Virus record (IMG/VR): IMGVR_UViG_3300020577_006545
Span: 23,074-87,073 of that record
Origin: a virus
Lineage: Duplodnaviria > Caudoviricetes
Strand: one strand, 5' to 3'
DNA: 64,000 bases
Shown: positions 39,073-49,180 of the stretch, one piece after another
Layout: each line of letters opens with the position of its first letter
How positions within the stretch are numbered: the stretch's first letter is position 1
Program-made: the position numbers and the translations under genes
The notes under the pieces: model-generated
The model's input: the letters and a program-made list of their open reading frames with translations, nothing else
Told to the model about the DNA's origin: nothing
The model's database searches: none

Positions 39073-39978
39073 ATGAAACTCCTATGGATTGTGTCCTACA
39101 AACAAGAAGATAGCTTTGAAAAAGCAATCTTCGATCTCCCTTTCAAAAACTATTTAGATAAAAATAAAATAGAATATGTTAGATACGACTACTATACTCA
39201 AGAAAAAACATTAAAGAAGTTCGTAAATGAATATTCAAAAGATGAAAGTTTTGACTTCATTGTAATACCAGTTAGTGAAAATGATTTTCAACAAGTAGAC
39301 CTCTCTAATAAAAAGGCTAATTCACACACAAAGATCATCTATGTTGTTACGGGTGAAGGTGAGAAACTTGTAGACGAGTTTGCCGGTATAACATTAAGAG
39401 ACGCAGAAGACACAACTATTGTTACTCTTGAAGCAACACAAGGAAGATACTTGAAACATACTGTCTTTACTGAAAAAGTAAAACTTAATTATTTTGTAAA
39501 TGAGTATGTTTTTGAAAAAGACAATAATGACTACAAAAATAAAAACGTAGACGTTTCTTTCTTTGGTTCAAAGAATAAGAAGAGAGAAAAAATCATTCAA
39601 GAGTTGAAAAATAATAATATAAATGTTGTATGTTATGGTGATGGGTGGGAATTTCCAAGGCATAACTTGAATTTCCAGAAAAATGTATTAAACCGTTCGT
39701 GGTTAACGGTTGTCACAGACAATAGACTTAAACCATTACATCTTGAAGCTATAGCGTGTGGTTCATTACCAATTGCTAAGAAATGCGCCCAATATATCAA
39801 AATGTTCAATAAAATAGATAATCTTCCTATATATAAGGATGAAGAAGAATTAGTCAAAATCGTAAAAGAGTATCTGAGTAATAAAGATAAGATCAAGCAG
39901 ACCGAAATCCTGCTTGGGATTACGAACAAGAAATATGTCTCAGATTTGTTTTTTAAAAGACTTTTCAAAAAACTATGA
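39073..39978 (+). CDS. CgeB-like glycosyltransferase
   Basis: DVSFFGS...R, VCYGDGW, LEAIACG. Confidence 0.6.
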   Translation: MKLLWIVSYKQEDSFEKAIFDLPFKNYLDKNKIEYVRYDYYTQEKTLKKFVNEYSKDESFDFIVIPVSENDFQQVDLSNKKANSHTKIIYVVTGEGEKLVDEFAGITLRDAEDTTIVTLEATQGRYLKHTVFTEKVKLNYFVNEYVFEKDNNDYKNKNVDVSFFGSKNKKREKIIQELKNNNINVVCYGDGWEFPRHNLNFQKNVLNRSWLTVVTDNRLKPLHLEAIACGSLPIAKKCAQYIKMFNKIDNLPIYKDEEELVKIVKEYLSNKDKIKQTEILLGITNKKYVSDLFFKRLFKKL

Positions 39979-40297
39979 TGACGTATTATTTTATCATTTT
40001 GGCGAATTAGAAATACACTCACCGTATAAGAATTTATATGAAGCAAACGGGTTCATATTTAAGAAAGATAAACTATATATATTTAGGGCAGAGGTTTATT
40101 TATTTCAGGGTGTTAACATACAATTGGATGTCTATCTCGTTATAGAAGACAGAACACATCCAGCAAAGACATTTAATGATTTTGATGAAGATGAATATTT
40201 TGATACGATAAATTATGAAGAATATCTTCTACCATTTATTATCAAGACGATTGACAATGAAAACTTGCCCTGATATAATAAACAAATTGGAGGAATA

Positions 40298-41221
40298 ATG
40301 AAAAAGATATTGATTACCGGAACTTCAGGATTTTTAGGACGAAATGTTTTAAAAGAATTCAAGGAAACAGAATATGATCTACTTGTGCCTAAAAGTAAGC
40401 AGTTGAACTTATTAGATGAAAATAAAACGAAGAAGTATCTACAGAAATTTAAACCAGATACGGTTATCCATCTTGCCGGTTCCGTAGGCGGAATTGGTGC
40501 TAATAAAGTAAACCCAGGGAAATTCTTTTACGAAAATATGAAAATGGGTATGAACCTAATTCACCTATCAAAAGAATGTGGTGTTAAACATTTTGTTATG
40601 ACAGGAACTATCTGTTCGTATCCTGGAAATACTCCAGTGCCATTTAAAGAAGACAATCTATGGAATGGATACCCTGAGCCAACTAATGCTCCTTACGGAA
40701 TTGCAAAAAAAGCATTATTAGTTATGTTGCAATCATATAAACAACAATATGATTTTAATTTCGTTAATATTCTTCCAGTGAATATGGCTGGTGAATACGA
40801 TCACTTTGATCTTGAAAATTCTCATGTTATTCCAGCGATGATTAGAAAAATTCAATCAGCAATTGATGCTGGTGAACAATACATTACTCTTTGGGGTGAC
40901 GGAAGTCCAACAAGAGAATTTATTGATGCAAGAGATACTGCTAGAGCAATTAGAATGATTGTTGATAAAGAGATTTCGTATAATGAACCAATTAACATTG
41001 GTTCTGGAAAAGAAATTTCTATCAAAGACCTTGCTGTAAAGATTGCTGATCTCATGGGATATAAAGGAGAGATACATTGGGATGTTAGTAAAAGCAATGG
41101 GCAGATGAGGAGATGTTTGGATATTACCAAAGCAAAAGAGATAATTGGGTTTGAACCAGAAATTCCTTTAGAAGATACTCTTAAGAAGGTAATCAAATAT
41201 TGGAACAGAGTAAAAGAATAA
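40298..41221 (+). CDS. fcl: GDP-L-fucose synthase
   Basis: ITGTSGFLG, HLAGSVGGIGAN, GTICSYP, YGIAK, SHVIPAMIRK, WGDGSPTREF. Confidence 0.9.
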   Translation: MKKILITGTSGFLGRNVLKEFKETEYDLLVPKSKQLNLLDENKTKKYLQKFKPDTVIHLAGSVGGIGANKVNPGKFFYENMKMGMNLIHLSKECGVKHFVMTGTICSYPGNTPVPFKEDNLWNGYPEPTNAPYGIAKKALLVMLQSYKQQYDFNFVNILPVNMAGEYDHFDLENSHVIPAMIRKIQSAIDAGEQYITLWGDGSPTREFIDARDTARAIRMIVDKEISYNEPINIGSGKEISIKDLAVKIADLMGYKGEIHWDVSKSNGQMRRCLDITKAKEIIGFEPEIPLEDTLKKVIKYWNRVKE

Positions 41222-42496
41222 ATACAGATATTAATAGAAAGATGACTGAAGAAGAATATCTTGAGATATTAAAAAAAGAAGCGGAAATATTGATAATTAA
41301 ACCACAAGAGAAAAAATGCTCTTGTGGTAATTGTAAGTGTAAAAAATGACAATAGAACAATTAGCAAGCGCATTATCACTGGCATCTTCAGTAGATAAAA
41401 TGTTGAAGGATATAGAAATTGATTTGTCACATCTAGGAACTAAAATAGTTTTTGACTATAACCCTAAAGACAAAGTTTATATTTATAAGAGATACAACAT
41501 AGACAATGATTTTAAACTCGTTGCTGTAGGTGCTGGCGTGACTACATTTGTTGCGTGGGCTAACCGTGTATTCAAAAATGATAATGAACAAAAATTCAAT
41601 GAATTAAAACAGAAATATGAAGACATTCTTGATATTGCAAATGTCAGAATTTCATTTGACCAAACCTGAAATGTACGATATAGTACATATATGTTTAAAG
41701 CATCACTAACGGCTTTTAAAGCCTACAAACAGTTAGATAATTTATTCAAAAGTTTTTATTATGAAAACGATTTCAGGTTTAATTAATGCAAGTGCAAAAC
41801 AAAATAACAGAGCAGACTATTGACATTGATGAAAATACAATAGTCTATATTCAACGACGAGATGTAAATAACAAACTTCCTTACGCAAAAGATTTTGATA
41901 AAATCAAAATAAAAGAAGCGGTTAAGGGGGAAACTGTAAGGACATTTATATACGCTGATGGTGATAAAATTCCTGAAATCTATAAAATATTATGACTGAA
42001 ACTCAAGGAAAAAATCCACACGAAATTACAAATGCTCTTAAGCATTCAAAACCTGTTATTGAAGCATTCGCAAACAAAAAAATAAAAGAGATGACTGTAA
42101 TTGTTCAATTTGAAGATATGGAACAACTTCTTATGATGAGGTTTTCAGGTGAAGAATTAAATGGGTGATAAAGAATTAATCCCGATATCAGATTGGCAAG
42201 TTTGTGTTGTTAAAACACTTGATGATGTAAATTATCAAGAAGCAATGTATAGAAGAGTTGGCGATCATATAGAGATTAAATACTCATACAATTATTATGC
42301 ACAAGATTTTAAATTTAATTAAAAGTTGGATTTTTAGAAAGGTTATTGGAGATTATTTAACGGTAACTGGAAATACTATATATATTAAAGATTGTACAAT
42401 AGATGGAATAGGTTTGACTTTAATGGCAAAAAATGTTAATATTAGTGGTTGCGTGTTTAAAAACTGTGATACAGGAATAAAAGGACTTTAATTATA

Positions 42497-43837
42497 ATGT
42501 GGCAATTTGAAGCAATAGAAGACAAAATCATTCATTTGATTATTAAAGATCGTGAGTTTGCGATTTTAGTTCTTAACGAACTTGACGCAAATCTTTTTAC
42601 GAATGTTACCTGTGAAAGAATGATAAAAGTAATTAAACAATATCATAATAAATATAATGGTATTCCAGAACTTGACGAAGTAAAAACTCTTATTTCAGGT
42701 TCACCAATTCTTTCAAAGAATTTTGATTTCATTGAAGCAGAAAGAATTTATGGAGATATGGAATTAAAACCAAGTGAAATAGACTTCGTTAAAGACGCAG
42801 TTCCTAAGTTTATCAAACATAGCAATTTTAAGAAACTCATTACTATGGCATCGGCAGAGATATACAAGAACGATACCCCTGATACACAAGAAGAAATTTA
42901 TTCATCTTTTGAAGAGAAATTTAAAAAGATTAGACGCTATAATATGGATAGGGATATTGGGCATAAATTGTTTGATGTTAAAGGTAGGTATGCAAGATTA
43001 AAAAATAAGTTTACAGGCGGTATTAAACCATCGCTTGAAAATTTACAAAAAATCATTAAGGGATATTTTAAGAAAGAAGCATATGCATACATGGGCGACA
43101 CTGGAGCAGGAAAATCTATTCTCTTAATAAACGATGCTCTATCTGCTGTAAAACAAGGATTTAATGTTGTTTATGTTTCGCTTGAACTTGAACCGCAAGA
43201 TTTAGCGTTAAGAATAGACCAAAATGTTTCTTCTAAAGAAAGTTATACTCTTTTAAAAGATATTGGGACAGTTGATTACTTAGAGAAGAAGTATGCTGAT
43301 ATTAAAAAACTTACTGGCGCTGGAGAGATGTTTTTAAAAGAATATCCCAACGGTTCTGCTACCTGTAACACAATACAAGCATATCTTGAACTTTTAGAAA
43401 TGTATGAAGATTTTAAATGTGATTTTCTTATTATTGATTATATGGATATTATGAAACCAAATGAAGGGTTCACTAACAGTGATTACAGAGATCAGGCAAA
43501 AATAGCAAATGAAATTTCTGCTCTCGCTAAAGAACTTGATATTCCAATTCTTTCTGCTATGCAAGCAAACAGAGCAGGTAGAGAAGAAGACGGTGTAAAG
43601 AAAGTTCTTGATAAAAATAGAGTTGCTGATAGTTATGGTAAATTAAGACCTCTATACGGCGTGTATTCAATTAATTCAAAAGGTGGTAATGATGTGATAT
43701 TGAATAAACATTTCTTATTTGTCAATAAGAATAGAAATGGCCCAGCAGATGTTAGAGCAAACTTTATAATGAACAAGATGTTGATGCAAGTAAAAGATGA
43801 TGTTGAGATTGAGGATGAAGAAGAACAATTTGAGTAA
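42497..43837 (+). CDS. replicative DNA helicase (DnaB/T4 gp41-like)
   Basis: GDTGAGKS, VSLE, IIDYMD, AMQANR, KNRNG. Confidence 0.9.
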   Translation: MWQFEAIEDKIIHLIIKDREFAILVLNELDANLFTNVTCERMIKVIKQYHNKYNGIPELDEVKTLISGSPILSKNFDFIEAERIYGDMELKPSEIDFVKDAVPKFIKHSNFKKLITMASAEIYKNDTPDTQEEIYSSFEEKFKKIRRYNMDRDIGHKLFDVKGRYARLKNKFTGGIKPSLENLQKIIKGYFKKEAYAYMGDTGAGKSILLINDALSAVKQGFNVVYVSLELEPQDLALRIDQNVSSKESYTLLKDIGTVDYLEKKYADIKKLTGAGEMFLKEYPNGSATCNTIQAYLELLEMYEDFKCDFLIIDYMDIMKPNEGFTNSDYRDQAKIANEISALAKELDIPILSAMQANRAGREEDGVKKVLDKNRVADSYGKLRPLYGVYSINSKGGNDVILNKHFLFVNKNRNGPADVRANFIMNKMLMQVKDDVEIEDEEEQFE

Positions 43838-44714
43838 GAATAGTTTCAACATTGTTAAGTTCAGTATATGGAATTCTAATTAGTTGAATTCCATATACTT
43901 TTGCGAATTGAGTTTTAATTGCATCTCTTTTTTGTAATTTAATAAATTCTTTTTCCCCGCCAAATTTTTCTTTTGGTATAAAATGTTGTATGCCGTCATA
44001 TTCAATTAAAATATTGAAATCATTTAAGTAAAAGTCATAATGTAATGGAAATATATTTTTACATTCACTAAATGTTTTTTGCGGTTCAAATGAGATGTTG
44101 TTTGATTTCAAATAATTTGCTATTTTAATTTCACCTTTTGAAAGCAATGAACAAGAATTACATCCATTGTTCCCACTTAATAATGAATGTGGCGTTATTT
44201 TAAATTCGTTATTGCATATCAAACATTTAACTTTTAATTTAGTAAAGGCATTTTTATATCTATCAATCACTTCAATGTTTTTATTAATTATAACTAATTC
44301 ATTAATGAATTGTTTATGCGTTTTTGTTCTTTTTGCTAAAGAACATTTTGGACATTTATTACCACTTAATAATGAACTTGGAGTTGATTTCCATTCGTTT
44401 GAACATTCATTACATTTTACATCTATTTTATTAAAATAGCCATTATAAACACCTGTAATATTTACAAATTTATTTTTAATTGACATTTCTTTAATAAATT
44501 GTTCATGTGTTTTTTCCTTACTTTTAAAATAGCATTTTGGACATCCAGTTCCACTCAACAAACGATTTGGCGTTGCTAACCAAATATTTTCGCATATACA
44601 GCATTTTGCTTTTGTTTTGATAGCATTATTTCTATAACTACCAAGTATTTTAATTAATGGATTAATTAGCAACATTTCTTGAAGAAATTGTTTTTTAGTT
44701 TTTCTTTTCATCAA
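43764..44714 (-). mobile_element. DUF559/PD-(D/E)xK-type endonuclease with three CxxC repeats
   Basis: Repeats C..C...W..TP..LLSG..CP.C; GEIKI, YDFYL...LIEYDGIQH. Confidence 0.82.
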
Positions 44715-44847
44715 TATACTCCTTTATAAAATTTACAATAGTATAAGAAGCATTAGTGTCATTTTCTTTTACAACCTTTTTAAACTCTTCCCATAGTTCT
44801 TTCCTTATATTAAAATTTGCTTTAAACATTTCTTTTTGCTTCTTCAT
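44695..44847 (-). CDS. 50-aa ribbon-helix-helix protein (not in ORF track)
   Basis: MKKQKEMFKANFNIRKELWEEFKKVVKENDTNASYTIVNFIKEYIDEKKN; overlaps the endonuclease start. Confidence 0.75.
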   Translation of the reverse strand: MKKQKEMFKANFNIRKELWEEFKKVVKENDTNASYTIVNFIKEYIDEKKN

Positions 44848-44887
44848 ATACTTATCTTATAGGTATTATTAAAAACAGAGGCTTAAT

Positions 44888-44916
44888 TTGACATTTTATT
44901 AAAAAAATAGTACAAT
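44888..44916 (+). promoter_or_regulatory. sigma70-type promoter
   Basis: TTGACA-17-TACAAT. Confidence 0.75.
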
Positions 44917-44927
44917 AATCCAAGGCC

Positions 44928-45533
44928 ATGAAAAAAGAAGTAATTAAATGTCCAGCATGTCTTAAAAATTCAGGTTATACAACAGAAACTGACTTTCTTG
45001 AAAATCAATTTGAAAGTATTTATGAAAATAGATTTGCTACTAAAAACACAAATGGATATATAAATGATGGGTTTGAAGTGATGTGTGATAGATGTGGGTT
45101 TGAATTTCATATCTATGGGTATGTCCCTGAGCCTCTGATAGAAATACAAAAAACTATAGATGGCAGAGCATTTCTTGAAGCAAGAAATATTAAATGGCCT
45201 TCTTTTATAAAAGATTTTTATGATTTAAAAGCATTTGAAAGTGTATTAACTCATCTTGTTAATGATGGCTATGAAAAAACGAAGAAATATTATAGTGGTT
45301 CAAAAGGCACTTGGTTAAAAGCACTTAAATTTTTGAAAGACAAAATCAAACCAGTCAAAGTAAAGAAAGAAACAGAGGAAGAGGAATTTGAAAATTTTGA
45401 TGCCACTAAAGCATTAAGAAATTTCAGCGAAGGACAAAAGCCAGTTGAAATTGAAAACTATCTTGCGTTTCCTCCTGTAGTATTGCCTAAAGAACCTTGG
45501 TATAAAAGAATATGGAATAAAATAAAGGAGTGA
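44928..45533 (+). CDS. hypothetical protein with CxxC pairs
   Basis: CPAC and CDRC. Confidence 0.5.
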   Translation: MKKEVIKCPACLKNSGYTTETDFLENQFESIYENRFATKNTNGYINDGFEVMCDRCGFEFHIYGYVPEPLIEIQKTIDGRAFLEARNIKWPSFIKDFYDLKAFESVLTHLVNDGYEKTKKYYSGSKGTWLKALKFLKDKIKPVKVKKETEEEEFENFDATKALRNFSEGQKPVEIENYLAFPPVVLPKEPWYKRIWNKIKE

Positions 45534-45729
45534 GTATGAAGTATATAACACTAATAGAGGTAACAGATCATGGAGAAAAGTTGCTTATATTACCGTTAAA
45601 CAAACATTTCATAGCAGAAGAGTACAAGATGCAGGGCAAAGCCCGTTCAAAGATTTATTTGAAAGATAGAGAATATTTAGTAAAAGAAGAAGTGAGTACA
45701 ATAGAGAAAAGAATAATAGAAGGACATAG

Positions 45730-45930
45730 ATGAGAGTAAAGATTTATTACACTAATTGGAAAGGCGAAACTGCTGAACGCATAATTGAACCGTTGAACAT
45801 ATATTTTGGTCATAACGAATGGCATCCAAAAGGACAGTGGTTGTTAGAAGCAACTGACTGTATAAAAGGCGAGAAAAGAAGTTTTGCTATGAAAGACATT
45901 CATTATTGGGAGCAGATTGAAAAGAAATGA
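45730..45930 (+). CDS. stand-alone WYL-like domain protein
   Basis: YTNWKGE...RIIEP...QWLLEA.D..K...RSFAMKDI. Confidence 0.7.
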   Translation: MRVKIYYTNWKGETAERIIEPLNIYFGHNEWHPKGQWLLEATDCIKGEKRSFAMKDIHYWEQIEKK

Positions 45931-46089
45931 AAGTTAGAAAATTACCATTATATATAAGATTACAAGAATGGTGGTTTTATAAAGTTCGTTTTCCATTCAT
46001 TATGTGGTGGCATGGAGTAACACTAAAACAAATACAAAAAAGAAACGATAGAATAGAGAAATTATACAGGGTACTAAAGTTAATAGAAA

Positions 46090-46647
46090 ATGAAACTCCA
46101 AAATCTATTAGAAAACCTGACAGAAAGAAAAACTGATTACGAGTTTATTTCACTTTCAAGTCCAAGTGGTCAGTACATTGAAAGAATAGCAGACGCTATT
46201 GAACAAGGTGGGCAGATAAAAACTTCCAGAGATATGTTGATTGAAAATCTCAAAAAATGTAAAGCAATCGCAATTGTTCTAAAGGATGAAGAAGTTGTTG
46301 GAGTTGGAGCATTAAAAGTCCCAAGAGACACATATAAACAGGATGTGTTTCGTAAAATAGGTAAGCCAGAATTAGCAGAGCATTTTACCTATGAGATGGG
46401 CTATTTCTATGTAAACCCCTCCTACAGAAAGGACATAGCAGTTATAAAGGGTATAATGAGAGAATTATACAAACACAGAAGCGACAAAAACAATATTTTT
46501 ATGACTATACGAGAAGGCGGACACACAGACCGTCCTGAACTTTTACGATTATTGGGGTTCTCATATCTTGGTCGTTACGATGCGATTAAAGTGTTCCAAT
46601 TAGTGAATTGGGAAGTATTAAGAAAGAAGGTTGGATTGAATGGATAA
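46090..46647 (+). CDS. GNAT-like acetyltransferase
   Basis: VVGVGAL, EMGYFYVNPSYRK, LGFSYLG. Confidence 0.55.
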   Translation: MKLQNLLENLTERKTDYEFISLSSPSGQYIERIADAIEQGGQIKTSRDMLIENLKKCKAIAIVLKDEEVVGVGALKVPRDTYKQDVFRKIGKPELAEHFTYEMGYFYVNPSYRKDIAVIKGIMRELYKHRSDKNNIFMTIREGGHTDRPELLRLLGFSYLGRYDAIKVFQLVNWEVLRKKVGLNG

Positions 46648-46660
46648 ATGTAATTTAGAA

Positions 46661-46689
46661 TTGACATAATTTGATAAATAGAATACAAT
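46661..46689 (+). promoter_or_regulatory. sigma70-type promoter
   Basis: TTGACA-17-TACAAT. Confidence 0.7.
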
Positions 46690-47020
46690 AGATACTTAAA
46701 AGTAGGACTAAATGAACAATTCTATTCAGAGAGTTTTAGAAACAGATGAAAATGGGATAGCGACTATAATGATAGAAAGAGAAGTTTCTTTTAAAGAAGC
46801 AATTTCTATCTTCTTAAATAGACGATTGAAAGAAATAGTATTCGTGGATGTTAAAGAATGTACACAGTTAAATTCGGAAAAACAGTAAAAGATAAATTTA
46901 GGTTTATCATATTAGAAAACGACAAATCTTTTCTCATATCAAGAGAGTTTGATACAGAAGAAGAGTGTAAGCGTTATATTAGAAAAATAAAAACAAGTAA
47001 AAGGGTGGAGAGTAACAATT

Positions 47021-47833
47021 TTGAGCAAATTAAGGATGTCGGCATCACAAGCAAGCCTCTTCAATGAATGCCCTTTACAGTGGAATTTTAAATACGCAAT
47101 TAAAGCAAAGCCTGATAAATTAGTTACTTATGATGCTACCATTTATGGTAGTGCTTTACATAGCACCCTTGAAGAAATTTTATTATTAGAAGCGACCACC
47201 GAAGAAAAAATTGAAGTAACACCTTCCATCTTCTTGAGAGAATTCAAAAAACATTTTAGCAAGAGTAAGGAAGATGGATTTCATGTTATCGTTGCAGGCG
47301 GAGATTTAAAAAAAGCAATACAGAACCACATATATTCTGCAAAACTTGGAGTGCAGAAGATACTGAACAGTGATTTGATAAAAGGATATGACAAATTAAT
47401 TTGTGAAGGCGAGTTCAACTACAGCAGTGAGCATTTTGAAATCGTTGCAAAGATTGACCTTGTTGGTATGTATGAAGATGGAACATATGATGTTGTTGAC
47501 TTTAAAACAGGTAAGCATTTCCATTTCAAAGGAATTAAAGATGAATTACAAGCATTATTCTACATTATGGTTTGTTATGATAGATTTAAGATTTTACCAA
47601 ACACATTCAAATTCCTTAAATATGACAAAGCCAATTTCTCTCTTAAAGAAATTGAGATAGAAGAAGAGATTACTCTTGATACTATTGAGTATTTTAAAGA
47701 TGCTACAAAAAAATTAGATGCTGAAATCACTACATCAATTGAAAATAAACATTTTAGAAAACACGATCCAACTCAAAAAGCGCAATACTGTCAGTGGTGC
47801 GCTTACAAGACTGCTTGTTCAAAGGTGAAATAA
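47021..47833 (+). CDS. PD-(D/E)xK RecB/Cas4-like nuclease
   Basis: SASQ...CP, GSALH, KIDLV, VVDFKTG, C-terminal CQWC...C. Confidence 0.85.
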   Translation: MSKLRMSASQASLFNECPLQWNFKYAIKAKPDKLVTYDATIYGSALHSTLEEILLLEATTEEKIEVTPSIFLREFKKHFSKSKEDGFHVIVAGGDLKKAIQNHIYSAKLGVQKILNSDLIKGYDKLICEGEFNYSSEHFEIVAKIDLVGMYEDGTYDVVDFKTGKHFHFKGIKDELQALFYIMVCYDRFKILPNTFKFLKYDKANFSLKEIEIEEEITLDTIEYFKDATKKLDAEITTSIENKHFRKHDPTQKAQYCQWCAYKTACSKVK

Positions 47834-47834
47834 A

Positions 47835-48821
47835 ATGAAGGTTGATTTACTTGTAATAGGCGCAGGGATAACTGGAACTTGGGTTGCGCTAACAGCGGCA
47901 AGAAAAGGTTTATTTGTTGTTGTTTACGATGATGGTAAAGAAGGGATTACCGCAAGAAATTCAGGTGTGCTACACGCAGGTCTTTATTATCCACAAAATA
48001 ACAAAGCGTTTCATTGTGTGCGTGGGAGAGAATGGACAGTTGGCTTTTTACATCAGCATAATGTCCCATATAATCTTTGTGGAAAATTAGTTGTTGGTGA
48101 TGAAGATAGCGTGCAGAAACTTGAAGCAAATGCAAGAACGAACGGTGTTCAAAATTTAGAGATTGTAAATCCACAAAAATTCTCAGATAATATAGTTGGT
48201 AAGTATGCGTTACATTCTAAAGACACTGGTATAGTTGATGTCCCATCTTATATGAAAAGATTAAGAGCGGTAGCGGAAACAGAAGGAGTTATATTTTTAA
48301 GAAATAAAGAAGAAGAACTTGAACCGACATATGTGGTAAATGCGGCTGGACTTTACAGTGATGAGATCGCTAAGGAGTTAGGTTTGCAGGGGTATGAAAT
48401 ACGACCAAACAAAGGAGAATATTATAGATTGAAAAGAACATTCCCTTTAAAGAAATTGGTTTATCCTGTTCCAAACCCAAAAGAGAAGGGAGCATTAGGT
48501 GTTCATTTTACTTTCAATATGAATGATGAATGTTATGCTGGACCATCAACAAGAGATGCTAAAAATAAAACAGATTATGAAATTGAGACTGATGCTGAAA
48601 CATTTCACAATTCTCTTTCTCGTATTTTGAATTATTATACAATTGAAGATTTTGTAGAAGGTTATGTTGGGTTAAGACCACGACTATATTTTAATGGAGA
48701 ACATTTTACTGATTTTGCGATTGTAGAATTTAATAAAGCAATTCATTTACTTGGCATTGAAAGCCCTGGGCTTACGTCAGCACCATCAATTGCATTTTCA
48801 GTTGTAGAGAGACTTGTATGA
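47835..48821 (+). CDS. FAD-dependent oxidoreductase, L-2-hydroxyglutarate oxidase-like
   Basis: IGAGITG, TARNSGVLHAG, VNAAGL, KGEY, GLRP, GIESPGLT. Confidence 0.85.
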   Translation: MKVDLLVIGAGITGTWVALTAARKGLFVVVYDDGKEGITARNSGVLHAGLYYPQNNKAFHCVRGREWTVGFLHQHNVPYNLCGKLVVGDEDSVQKLEANARTNGVQNLEIVNPQKFSDNIVGKYALHSKDTGIVDVPSYMKRLRAVAETEGVIFLRNKEEELEPTYVVNAAGLYSDEIAKELGLQGYEIRPNKGEYYRLKRTFPLKKLVYPVPNPKEKGALGVHFTFNMNDECYAGPSTRDAKNKTDYEIETDAETFHNSLSRILNYYTIEDFVEGYVGLRPRLYFNGEHFTDFAIVEFNKAIHLLGIESPGLTSAPSIAFSVVERLV

Positions 48822-49180
48822 TAGCAGAAAGAAATGAAATAGAGGAAAAAATACAGGCATTATATCCGCGTTTTGTAAAAGAAATGCCGTCACAAATTAA
48901 ACAGCAAATAGTCAACAATTATTTCAATAAAATTGAAAATGATTACAGAGGAACTCCGTCATATCCTAACTATATTAAATATACAGATTTAACAGAACTT
49001 GACAAACTAAAATATATAGATCAAAAGATTTATGTAGATGAACAAGTGTTGGTGTTAGTTGAAGACCCAGGGAAAGGAACCAAATTTTCTGTTATGATGA
49101 ATTTAGTATTCAACGATTTTGTTAAATACAGAGATAGAGAATTTTTTGAAAAATACAAACTACTTTTTGAGTATTACTAA
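48818..49180 (+). CDS. YEKYKLL-family protein
   Basis: YTDLTELDKLKYI ... DREFFEKYKLLFE. Confidence 0.65.
   Translation: MIAERNEIEEKIQALYPRFVKEMPSQIKQQIVNNYFNKIENDYRGTPSYPNYIKYTDLTELDKLKYIDQKIYVDEQVLVLVEDPGKGTKFSVMMNLVFNDFVKYRDREFFEKYKLLFEYY

Larger units (their letters stand above)
13152..41221 (+). other. glycan biosynthesis/modification island
   Basis: About 11 glycosyltransferase-like, 5 methyltransferase-like and 5 nucleotide-sugar enzyme genes in 28 kb. Confidence 0.8.
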
